NCBI RefSeq assembly: GCF_006345805.1
Contig: NC_043000.1
Location: 128,030,001 to 128,094,000 of the forward strand
Direction of reading: 5' to 3'
DNA from: Octopus sinensis
Taxonomy: Eukaryota
DNA: 64,000 nucleotides
A program made the translations under genes and the position numbers. This document shows, in pieces, positions 11,501 through 24,400 of this stretch (position 1 is its first letter; each line of letters starts with the position of its first letter). Below the pieces are notes generated by a model, which saw nothing but the letters and a program-made list of their open reading frames with translations, ran no database searches and had not been told where the DNA came from.

Positions 11501-14500
11501 AAGGAGAAAGAAGAAATGCACTCAACACCAGAGCTGAAGACACCTCCGAAAGGTGGGGCCCTGCCACTTTGAAAATGATAGAGGAGTAGGGGCTGAAACT
11601 GGACGTGGTTCCTCCTGATGGTGTCTTTAGCGACTGGATCCTTTAAAGGAGCTATTGAGTTAGCGAACCACGAAACATGGTTGGAATTCCTTCCTTAATA
11701 AAAGAATAAGTGAGCTTAAAAATGTATATAATTTTTTTTCCAGTCAGATACTTACAAATTAGATAATTCTATTGCTGTTCTCTTCGCTATGAGAGGGCGT
11801 TCCAGGCTTATTGAAAGGACTACATGTGACCTTGCTTCAACAAACTGTTGTCCTTCAGCATTTGCATTATGTAAGTCTACATCAGAGGTTGTTTCGAGGT
11901 TTGGTTTGAGTGCAGTCTACAGAGACAATAAAATAAATAAATTGTGTCTGTCTGTCTACCTATCTATCTATCTATCTGTATATGAGGGGGTGCTGAAAAG
12001 TTTCTGGCTTTGAGTAAAAGAAAATACAGGAGGATCAGATAATTATGATTTTATTCAACATATTCCCCTCTCAGGTTCACACACTTATTGCAGAGGTCCT
12101 TCAGTTTTCTCTAAGCCCTGTAAAAGAAATCGGAATGTTGGTTCACCAACATTTCATGATGCCCTTAAACCCAAGAACTTTTCAGCACTCCTCGTACATT
12201 TATATATATATATAAATTAGAAAAAAAAACACATTTTATCAATTCAATAAGGAAAAATTAAATTATACCATTTAGAAAAATTACATATTATAGAATGATG
12301 ATTAAGTAATGTGCAAAATAATAAATAAAACATATATATTTGGTAGAATAACGACACGTGTTTCGTGGCTATATTTAAGAAATAGTAAAAATAATAGTAG
12401 TAGTAGTAAAATCACTTCAATATAAATATAGCCACTCTGTGTGGTAAGTAGCTTGCTAACCAGCCACATGGTTCCGGGTTCAGTCCCACTGCGTGGCATC
12501 TTGAGCAAGTGTCTTCTGCTATAGCCCTGGGCCGACCAATGCCTTGTGAGTGGATTTGGTAGACGGAAACTGAAAGAAGCCTGTTGTATATATGTATATA
12601 TGTGTGTTTGTGTGTGTGTGTTTGTCCCCCTAGCATTACTTGACAACCGATGCTGGTGTGTTTACGTCCCTGTCACTTAGCGGTTCAGCAAAAGAGACCA
12701 ATAGAATAAGTACTGGGCTTACAAAGAATAAGTCCCGGGGTCGATTTGCTCGACTAAAGGCGGTGCTCCAGCATGGCCTCAGTCAAATGACTGAAACAAT
12801 TAAAAGAATAAAAGAGTAATATATGGTGAGTGTGGAATGTTTACCAAGCACACCAGAATATACATCTCTGATGGGTTACATTAGCTTCTCTAGAACTTTC
12901 AAAAAATGGCACAGTCTTTACTGCTATATGATAACTGGTTATTGCTAGTTGGACTGGGCTTCTGACAATCAAGCCTTCTAGCAGACAAACTAGCTCATAA
13001 GTCAGTACATTATTTACTTGCTTACAAATGCAGTACTGTGACCAAAATGTATTATTTTTAGCAGAATTATTACATATCATCATTCATTATTACTGTACCA
13101 GTCACAAGTATCAATGTTATTACAGTCATCATAAACTAAATGTTTTTTGAATTAATGTTTGGGAAAGAAAAACTAAATAAGATCAGTGAAATTTCTCTGA
13201 AGTATAATATAAATATTATTAATGAACACAAATAAATAGAAAGTGAAAGAATATACATTACTTTCTTTGACTCTTTTTTCTCTTCTTTCCCCTTTCGTCC
13301 TGTTGGAGATGGTCCAGATGATACAAAGCTGAGTGAAAATTTAATTGCCTCTTCACTAAGTACTGTTGAACTGATTGCCTGAACCATAAGAAAAATTCAT
13401 CAATCATCATCCATAAAAATTTATCAATCACACAAATAATTTTAACATAGCTTTAATTGTCAAACCAGAAAAAAAAATGTCTTTTCCTTTCTTTTCATTT
13501 CTCTGCTATAAACATTTGGTTTCTTCTTCGTCTCCTTTACCTTCCTCTCTCCATCCCTTAGTCTTCTAATTCTTTCTCCCAACAAACTCTTTATTCTGCC
13601 CACCCAGTTAAACCACTACATTTATAGTGAGAGAGTGTTTTTCAGATTGATGTATTTTTCTTGGGCAAAGTTCAGAGAGCTCTTACCTCTGCTGGTGACA
13701 AAGGGCCTCTTGCACAGAGTAAAAGGTAGACTGTATGACGCATGTGTACAAACAGCCATGCCACATGGCAGTGAAACATGGGCTGTGACTGCTGAGGACA
13801 TGCGTAAACTCGCAAGGAATGAAGCCAGTATGATCCGATGGGTGTGTAATGTCAGTATGCATACTCGACAAAGTGTAAGTACCTTGAGAGAAAAGTTGGA
13901 CCTAAGAAGCATCAAATGTGGTGTGCAAGAGAGACGACTGCACTGGTATGGTCATGTGGCGAGAATGGATGAGGATAGCTGTGTGAAAAAGTGCCATACC
14001 CTAGTGGTTGAAGGAACCTGTGGAAGAGGTAGACCCAGGAAGACCTGGGATGAAGTGGTGAAGCATGACCTTTGAGCTTTAGGCCTCACCAAGGAAATGA
14101 CTAGTGACCAAGACTTTCGGAAATATGCTATGCATGAGAAGACCCGGCAAGCCAAATGAGACCATAATCTCGTGGCCTATGCCAGGGGTGTAACCAGCCC
14201 ACTTATGTGTACCTTTTCCTTCTTTGGGCACTAAAACTCTGCTTGCGAAGACCTGTTGAGGCAAGTGAAATCAAAATCAAAATCAAATTCGATGACTGGT
14301 GTCCGTGCTAGCAGGGTGTAAAGAGCAACATACGAGTGTGATTATTGACAGAGCGGCTAACTGGCTTCGTGCCAGTGGCACATAAAAGGCACCATTCGAG
14401 TGTGATCGTTACCAGCGTCACCTTACTGGCACTCGAGCCCCATGTTAGTAGGGTATTAAGAGCATCATCCAAGCGTGATTGTTGCCAGAGCGGCTATCTG

Positions 14501-15452
14501 GCCTCCGTGTCGGTGGCATGTAAAAGACACCATTCGAGTGTGATCGTTACCAACATCGCCTTACTGGCATGTATAAAAGATTCGAGCGAGGTCGTTGCCA
14601 GTACTGCCTGACTGGCCCTGTGCCGGTGGCATGTAAAAGCACCCATAACACTCTCGGAGTGGTTGGCATTAGGAAGGGCATCCAGCAGTGGAAACTCTGC
14701 CAGATCAAGCTTAAAGCCTGGTGCAGCCATCTGGTTCGCCATCTCTCAGTCAAATCGTCCATCATCATCATCATTGTTCGACCATGGTCGAGACAATGGA
14801 ATTTACCATGCTACACCAGACTTCACGGTCCATCATAGCATTACGGAGGTCCTGTTGCTGGATGCCTGTATCCCTGGAGATTACATCAGGGTAGGAGAGT
14901 GTGCGCCCTCTGGTATTGCGAGTAGATGGCTTCCAGAGGAGAAGAGGAGAAATTGCCTCGTTTTCAGCTCTACAACAATGTCCAGCAAACTGGACTCTCC
15001 CACCTTTCATAAGAGATGACACAGGTGGTAGTTTCCTATATATTAGCATTTTGGTTGGATGACACTTCCACGAGAGATTTTGAGCTCTTATAAGGAGGCG
15101 AGTGTAGGTTCCATCCAACCGCCTCTCAAGCTTCTTTGATAACGTCCAGGTTTCTGAGCCATATAGTAGAATTGGTTCGACTGTGGCTTTGAAGATTTCA
15201 AGTTTGAAGTCTCTACTTAGATTTGATGACCAGATCTTATGCATGTCACTACAGGCTGAACAGGCCATGCCCTTTCTAGTTAGAAAATCTTTTCCAGATG
15301 ATGATATGTATGACACAAGATATTTGTAATCAGAAACCATATTTAAGGGCGCATTGTTGAGAGTATGGATGATGCAATCACTGTTGGACAGGCACTTGTT
15401 TATATATTCAAATCGTCCAACCCATGCTAGCATGGAAAGCGGACGTTAAACA

Positions 15453-15488
<36 letters not shown>

Positions 15489-18400
15489 CAGGGTTCTATA
15501 TGTTACAATTTACTAAATAGGATGTTTTACATGATTGAATAGTTTGAACATAGATTAGTGACTTTGGATTATATACCACACAGTGGTGGCTTGTAGATAA
15601 AATTAGTAGGGGTGCTGCTTCAGAAAATTTTTAGCCATTGTTTTAATTTTGTGTAAAAGGAAACAAACATATAAAAAGAAAATTTATACATAAACTTGAT
15701 TGGTTCGCATTTTAGCCACTGCTGGGTAGTGTATTTAATTTGTTTACTGAACACTGCTGCGAATTCCCCACCATTTTTCAAAAATCCCCATTGAATTATA
15801 AAATGGGGGTGTGCCCTGTTTTTCAAATCCTGGCAGTAACACTGAAGCTGGAAACAGGATAATAATCTAATTCTACACTTTATCATATTCAAGAATATAA
15901 ACATGTTTTTAAGCACAACACATGTGGAGTCAAAAAGAAACATTACCTTTCACCAGCACACTGTGGTTCCTGGCCCGAAGCTTCCTATCTCGGACAAGTG
16001 AGCATATGCACAACAGCCAAACACCACATTGCTGGAGCTGATGTTGAGCGAAGCGGTCTTCGTCCCAGTAGTGGGAGAAGTCTGAAACGTGGTCCTTTGC
16101 TATTCGTAAGACCCACAGAAGAGAAAGCAGGTCAACCCCCAACACTGAGAGCATCGATGGATGGATGAATGCACATCCAGGCTCAGCGGTTGCGTAGGAA
16201 GACGGGGATAAGAAACAGGAAGAAAGAGTGAGAGAAAATTGGAGCGAAAGAGTACAACAGGGGTCGCCACCACCCCCTGCCAAAGCCCCGTGGAGCTTTA
16301 GGTATTTTCGCTCAATAAATGCACACAACGCCCGGTCTGGGAATCAAAACCGCGATCCTCCGACCGCGAGTCCGCTGCCCTAACCACTGGGTCATTGCGC
16401 CTCCACTACTGGAGCTGCGAAATGCACAGTTCTATACAAGGATTTTTTTTTTTTTTTCATAAACTAGGGGATGGCCACTAACATTAAGCTTAAGGATTAT
16501 ATAATGTACAAGTATAAAGAAGAAATTAAAGAAAAAATGACTCATCACATTGAATGTTATCAATAATATCGAGTGGAAATAGGGAGTGCTGCAGTTCCGC
16601 AGTTCCTATACATGAGCTGCCACTAATACCACATATCTGTTTTTAGAACCAATAATTGTTTTACCTCAGTTAATTCTATATATGATAGTGTGCAATGTGA
16701 AATCAAGATTAATACTTTTAATTTGTAAATGTTGAGATTTTAATAAGTTACCTGTCCTCTTATATTCACATGTATAAAATATTTAAAAATATGAAATATC
16801 AATCCTTACTTTGAGGAACTTCAAAGAAAGAACTGATGCAAATCTAAGCATTAAAGAAGGCATGTACAAAAGAAATGTTCTTAAAAAATTTATACCTTTT
16901 CTTGGTATTCACCCTCAGAAAATGGTTGGACTTTATAAGCGCCTTTTATCTGTTTCACTGTAATTAAAAAGAAAAAAGTCAACAAGCATTGATTACATAA
17001 AACAGAAACATAAATGAGTATAAAATTAAGATGATTAATGAAATGATCATTGATAACTTTTTCATCATGTACAGATATTGTACGATACAAATAAGATGAT
17101 AACTTTTTCCGAACAGAAACACCGTTAGAACAGCAGAAATATTGGGTAAATTACACTTACATAGTGTCTAAATTTGCTGATAAATTTGTCAGTATCTTGT
17201 CACCATTATCTATCTCTTGCAGTTCCTACTCATTATTTTTCTATTTTTCTCCCCTTCTCTTCTAGATGTGAGTAGCCATGCAAATCCTCTACAGGAACCT
17301 GTACTGCAGTCCCTTCTCATGTTTCAATCCCTTTGTTCACTAGCATGGAGCTGACCCCCGACTCCAGGGTTTGTATCAGGTCATCCCATAAGTTCTGTCC
17401 GAATTTTGAATAAAGAAAACAAGTGATCAAATGTTATATTTAATTGAAATTTAATCATCAATGTACTTCCCTTGATTATCTATGACTTTGTTCCATCTAT
17501 TTACAAGCTTTTTTAATCCCATAAATGTAAAACTCTTTTGATTTCAAAACGACGAACTCTGAAATGTCAGTTTCGACCTCCTCCCTGGCTTGCGAAAGTT
17601 ATGTCCCTCGAAACAAATGGTAGGCTGAAGGAGCAAGGTCAGGAGAATAAGGTGGATGAGGAATTTTTTCCCAACCAAGCTCTTTGATCTTCTGTGATGT
17701 GATCTTTGCAGTGTTGTGCATTGTCCTGATGAAGTATCACTCCTTTTTGATTCACTAAAGCGGGTCTTTTTTTCTTCAAAGCTTGGTTCAAACACTCTAA
17801 TTGTTGACAGTAGACTTGAGCATTGATTGTTGCATTAGGTGGTAACAATTCAAAGTGAATTACTCCTTTGCAATCCCACCAGATAGAGAGAAGAACCTTT
17901 TTTCCATGAAGTTCCCTTCTCGGTTTACAATGTTTCACTTTTCAATAGAAGATCCACTTTTTGTCACTAGTCACAAGTCTATCCAAAATGAGTGAAATGA
18001 GTTCGCAAGAATGGAGAGAAGAGCAGATGTCAACTTGGGATTTGCAGTTGCTTTCAGACAATTCATGAGGTACCCATTTTCCAAGTTTAGGAATCTTTCC
18101 AAATTGTTGAAGATGACAATGAACAGTTGTATGGTTTGAACTAAGCTTTATTGCCAATTCTTCAACTGATAATGCAGGATTTTCTTCAAGTAATGCTGCA
18201 AGGAGCTTATCATCAAACTCAACTGGACACCCTGTTCAATCTTCATCTTCAAGGCTGAAATCTCCACTTCTGAATTTTGCAAACCATCTTCTGCAAGGTT
18301 TTTCATTCAAGCATTCTTTCCCATAAACTGAATGTATGTTTCGAGTTGCTTCGGCTGCAGAGTTTCCTTTTTTGTACTCATAAAGCATTATGTGTCTCAA

Positions 18401-21400
18401 ATGCTCTTTGGATACTTCCATGTTAGAAAGGGTTTTAATCAAAGAAATTTTAATTCTATTATTCTGTAAAATAATATTTAATTAGTTTAAATGTACACAA
18501 ATGCATAAAAATAATTTTTAATTCCATTAGACATTCTAAAATACTATTAAATTTCATTCAATTTTAAAAAAGGTAAAGTCGGACAGAACTTATGGGATGA
18601 CCTGATAGTTCCATGAGCTGCAAGGTGACTTCAATAGTGCAGGTGGTATGGAAAAAGTGCCCAGTCCATGCTGTAAATGGACTGGATGCTTTCTGGAGCA
18701 TGATAACCCATGCCAGCAAGGAACATGGATGTCAAATGATGATGATGATGATGACGATGATGACTGGTTTTTAACCAATTCTGTATTTGATAGTGTACAA
18801 TGTAGAATCTGGATTTAAGATGCATTTAATAAGGAATTGAAAATGTTGTACTCTTTTGTTCATTGAGATCTCAAAAGCCTTTGAAAAAGTTATGTTCACC
18901 ATTGAGAAAATTACTAGTACTGTATCTCTAAACTATAAGACATTTATCAGAATTAACTACTACACCACTCAATACTTCACAATATTTCTAGTAACTCTAT
19001 CCTTTCAAGTATTTGGCTATTCTGTGAGAATTTAATCTCCAAAAATCAATATAAAATATTACTTTTACACCAGTGCTGCCTAACATTTATAAAGATGGTA
19101 AGGCCAACTTCTTATATTTAAAACTGCATATTTTGTTAATCTCTTAACTGTATTATCGGTCTTAATCTTTATTTATCTTAACAGCCCTAGCAGATCATTT
19201 AACATACTACTGTAATTGACAGTAAAATAATTATATTTCATTTTAATTATCCGTCATCAAGAAGATTTAATTAAAAATATACATAGATGTGATTGATCAT
19301 GATTGATCATGCTTGTCTTTTATTCAATGGTTTTATCCACATTCATTTTATAAACTTACCTCCAGGATACAGAAGTGGACTGCAATCAATGTACACTACT
19401 CCATGAAAAGATGCTGTTCCTTCATCTTCATGCTTAAAGACAAAACAGTATTCTCATTGTGTTAAATGCATTTCTTCATTTCTGTATTGAAAATATTTAA
19501 AATTCAGTTTTAAAATGAAATACAAAAAAACATATTGAATACATCTAAAATATATTCTCATTTTTACATCAGCTCATTTCACTGCATTTTTATTTAATTC
19601 AATATTTTACTCTCTTAACATACCTTTTTAAGTCTGCCCCCAGTTGGAACAGTTATACGCAATATTTCCAGTGGCAGGTATCGCTTTGCTGTTATAGTTT
19701 CCAAAAGACTGCCAAAAGAGAGATATGCAAAATTTTATGAGATTTTCCCATTCAAAAGGATAAGAAATTAAAAAAAAATAAACCAGACATAACAATAGTC
19801 TTTTCTACTCTAGGCACAAGGCCTGAAATTTTGGGGGAGGGAGCCAGTCAATTAGATCAACTCCAGTACACAACTGGTACTTAATTTATCGACCCTGAAA
19901 GGATGAAAGGCAAAGTTGACCGTGGCAGAATTTGAACTCAGAATGTAAAGACAGACGAAATACCTATTTCTTTACTACCCACAAGGGGCTAAACACAGAG
20001 GGGACAAACAAGGACAGACAAACAGATTAAGTTGATTACATCGACCCCAGTGCGTAAGTGGTACTTAATTTATCAACCCTGAAAGGATGAAAGGTAAAGT
20101 CGACCTTGGCGGAATTTGAACTCAGAACGTAACGGCAGATGAAATACGGCTACGCATTTCGCCCGGTGTGCTAACGTTTCTGCCAGCTCGCCATCTTAAA
20201 ACAGTTCATATCAATAATCTTTTCTACACTAGGCACAAGGCCTGAAATTTTGGGGGAAGGGGCCAGTCGAATAGATCAACTCCAGTATGCAACTGATACT
20301 TAATTTATCGACTCCGAAAGGATGAAAGGCAAAGTCAACCTTGGCGGAATTTGAACTCAGAAAGTAAAAACAGACGAAATGCCACTAAGCATTTCGCTTG
20401 ACATGCTAACATTTCTGCCATCTCACTACCTTCAGACATAACAATAATAGACAGGGAAAAGTGAAGTTGCTTACACAATTTTTGTGTAGCAAATAATTCC
20501 AGTAACTGAATACTTAGATATCCTTTATAGAGAACTAGCAGAATTTCCCGGCGATGCTCGGGGCTGAATTGCTTGAAAGTACTGCTAATGATTGCACTGA
20601 ATTATGATGATTATTCAGGCAAATATTGATATAAGTTTATGGCGAATGAATGTATTTGTAAGTGTATAGAAAGCTGTGTAAAGGGGTTCCTAACCCCTCG
20701 TAGAATGGTGTAAGAATTGAATGTGAGGTTGCCTTGAAAAGAGCCATGTTATTGTTCTCATAATTGTAAGAATTTGATAGTCGTGGAAGGCGGTGTAAAA
20801 CGTTTGCAGGTGAATAGGGTCTCTTCGTTTTCCACGAACGGCAGCGGATGTGCTGTTACAAAACTTCATGCTGTGTTAAAAGAGAATGGATGCCCTATGT
20901 AGGCAAGAGGGGAATGAAGCATGGGTAAGTAAATATGGGTAATTTATAAAATATAGAACAATAGCATCTACTCACCATATGTCAGACCGGCAAGACTGTA
21001 GTTGTGCTGAATAGATGAATCACAACACAGTGGTGGAGATGTTTTCATTGATGGGCATTATGATTAAATGATCTGTTGCTTAATTTCCAAAGTGTAAGTT
21101 GCGATCGTGTTGTCGCTTATGTAAACTTTAACAGTGAGAGTGTAGATGTAGGGGGTAGATGTGTCATGTACGTTGGATATAGAAGATGAGGCTGGTGGTT
21201 TGATGATGAATGGATAGAAATAGAGGTGAGCAAAGGACAGGTGTTGGTTAAGTGTGAATTAATGTCATGAAACGCCTAAAAATGTAAATGCCATCATAAA
21301 AGAGAGTAGTATGTAAGTGAAATACTAACGTGTTCGAAAATGATGAAACGTAATCCTATAAAACCTCCTTGTACACAATGTTTTTTGTTTTTCGTTGTGG

Positions 21401-24400
21401 AACGAATGCGAAAGCATCGCTGTTGCTGCCGACACGCGAGCAGGCAACATAAAGCTGACCATGAGAGAAACATGGCTCTCCCAAATGTATTCCCGCCACA
21501 GACAGTGTTTGACCCTGCACTTTGTTAATTGACATTGTGAAATATGACCTTACTGGCAACTGGGACCTCCGAAATATGAAAGGTAGGTCTGCTCCTGATG
21601 GGAAAAGATGCATCCTAGGTATGAGCACAACGTTGTCTCGACCGCACCCTGTGATAATGTTGGCCTCAATCCGATTGGGAGATAAGGACTTAACAATGAA
21701 ACGTGTGCCATTGCATTGTTTTGGGGGAACCAAATTTCTAATGAGCATTATAGGGGCACCAACTTTAAGTTTGAGAATGTGTGGTGGTAGTCCAGGGGGC
21801 TCAAAGGAATTGAGTACCTCTATTGGATAGTTGATGACATCCTCTGGATCAGGAATTGTATCGATAGACTTATATACATAGACATCCCCAGGAATGAGTT
21901 TTAGCATTTCATCATTAATATGGTGAACAGTTTTATTCCTCGGGGCCAGAATAGCCCTTTGGCCAATCCAATCCATATTGTGATAATTAGCTTGTAGATC
22001 TGGGAACACTGCATCTCTGAGATCAGAAGGCTTTTTAACAATGGTACAAATGGAATCGATGGCAATATTACCATTTTCATCCCCTGGTATTTTGCCTTCG
22101 CCAAGTGCAAGGAGGGTGTGAGAAAATGCTGCTGATGTGATATCACATCGCATATGAGCACGCATATTTGTGTGAAGTTTGAGAGTCTTCACCAGTGGCC
22201 ACAATGTGGATGACTTAAGACACGCACTTAGTGCATCAGCTCTAGTCCCTTTGGGAATAACGGGAAGTGTTTGTCGGAAGTCCCCTGAAAGAAGAAGTGT
22301 TATGCCTCCCATGGGAGCTGAAGAGTGTTTGATGTCTCTGAGGGGCCATCGTGCATTCATCCCAAACGATAAGCTTGCATCGTCTGAAGACTTCTGCCTG
22401 ATCGGAGCTGTTACTGATGTTGCAAGTTGGTGTCTTAGTCTTCGCTAAGTCAAGCGGGAGCTTGAAAGTGGAGTGAGCTGTCCTGCCGCCTGGCAACAAA
22501 GTGGCCGCAATTCCAGATGATGCCACAGCTAGGGCAATGCCTTGTGTTCGCCTAATCTCAGCCAATATTAATTTGTTGACAAAAGTTTTCCCAGTGCCCC
22601 CAGGAGCGTCCAGGAAAAAAATCCCCCCAGCTTTGGCCCGGACTGAATTAACAACGGAGTTGTAAGTGAACTTCTGTTCTGGAAGGCGCTTTGGCTCATT
22701 GTCGGCTATGTACTTGGCAAGCTCGTCAACATTAAAACATGTCTCACGCAGCAAATGTAAAGACAGAGTGTTTGTGCCTACACATGCCAAGTCACCACAC
22801 AGTGGGACTGAACCCAGGACCATGTGTTTGGAACGTAGTTTGTTACCACACAGCCACACCTGCCCCTATGTATGTGTGTGTATGTGCGTATGTGTGTATG
22901 GGTAGATATATTATGCATGTATATATGTGTATATATATATATGTGTACATATTGCATGTACATCTATATATATACATCTACACATAAAATACAAAATACT
23001 AAGTTATATCTTGATATCACTAGTGATAACAATACTCAAAATATATAACAGACTGGAATTGTAGGCCTGTCTCTTGCAATTTCGATCAATTGGATCTTGT
23101 CCTCCCTCTTGTATAGAAGTGTACGGCTGCAGCGAAATTCATTTTTGGACTTTCTTCTATCGAAGGCATTTTAACAAAAATGCTTCCGTAAAGACGGTGA
23201 AAATATTGTCAATTTCCCGAAACAGGGACACAATTCAATTTTTAAACAATAACCAAAGCCCCTTCTCCGTAAGGGGGAGGGTTACGGTTTACAATTATTT
23301 AACAAATGCAACACAACAACGTTTCCCTGACAAGGAACCAACAAACGTGATTACAATAGTCAAACAGTAATAATAATAACAACAAACCTTTTTAATTTAT
23401 CTCCATTTATGTGAAACCACTTATTCAAGTTCAAGTCATTGATGCAATTTTATACGAATTGCTAATACACACACACACATAATAAGGGTGAAAAATTGAA
23501 TATTAATTTGATTAATATGAATTGAAAACCAGTGGTGTAGCATATAAGACCATAGCGGATCTTCATCATCATCATCATCATCATCATCGTTTAGCGTCCG
23601 TTTTCCATGCTAGCATGGGTTGGACGGTTCTACTGGGGTCTGTGAAGCCAGAAGACTTCATCAGGCCCAGTCAAATCTGGCAGTGTTTCTACGGCTGGAT
23701 GCCCTTCCTAACGCCAACCACTCCGTGAGTGTAGTGGGTGCTTTTTACGTGCCACCCGCACTGGTGCCAGACAGAGCTGGCAAACGGCCACGAACGGATG
23801 GTGCTTTTTATGTGCCACCGGCACGAGGGCCAGGTGAGGCTGGCAACGGACACGAAACGGGGCGGTGCTGGCAACGGTCGCAAAACGGAAAGTTCTCTTA
23901 CATGCCACCGGCACTGGTAACACATCTGCAATTTCCATTGATCGATTTCCATTGATCGATTTTGATTCTGATTGTCACTTGCCTCAACGGGTCTTCACAA
24001 GCAGAGTTTTGACATGCCACCGGCATTGGTAGCACATCCGCAATTTCCATTGATCGATTTCGATTCTGATCCTCACTTGCCTCATCACGTCTTCACAAGT
24101 AGAGTTTTGTGTCCCAAGAAGGGAAGGTATGCGTACGTAGGCTGGCTCCATCCCATGTAGAAGGCCACGGGTTATGGACTCACTTGTCCTGCCGGGTCTT
24201 CTCGCGCACAGCACACTTCCAGAGGTCTCGGTCTCTAGTCATTTCCTCAGTGAGACCTAAAGTTCGAAGGTCGTGCTTCACCACCTCGTCCCAGGTTTTC
24301 CTGGGTCTGCCTCTTCCACAGGTTCCCTCAACCGCTAGGGTGTGGCACTTTTTCACACAACTATCTTCATCCATTCTCGCCACATGACCATACCAGCGCA

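Noticed and set aside
11600-11690. CTGATGG...GAAAC in the HERO-like 3'UTR as a hammerhead ribozyme
   Set aside because: The core is not CUGANGA and I could not build consistent stems I-III; an Infernal search would settle it
12841-13083. Minus-strand ORF with AG/GT-like ends between two CFAP70 exons
   Set aside because: No resemblance to CFAP70, and the flanking exons already join in phase 0
14330-14650. Regularly spaced ~45-50-bp repeats superficially like a CRISPR array (also 47500-47730)
   Set aside because: Degenerate modules of the RTE 3'UTR in a eukaryotic genome; no unique spacers and no cas genes
16340-16408. tRNA-Arg-like sequence, and similar heads at 26939, 12430 and 53760-53831
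   Set aside because: These are SINE heads continuing into SINE bodies (with TSDs at 16041 and 26939), not standalone tRNA genes
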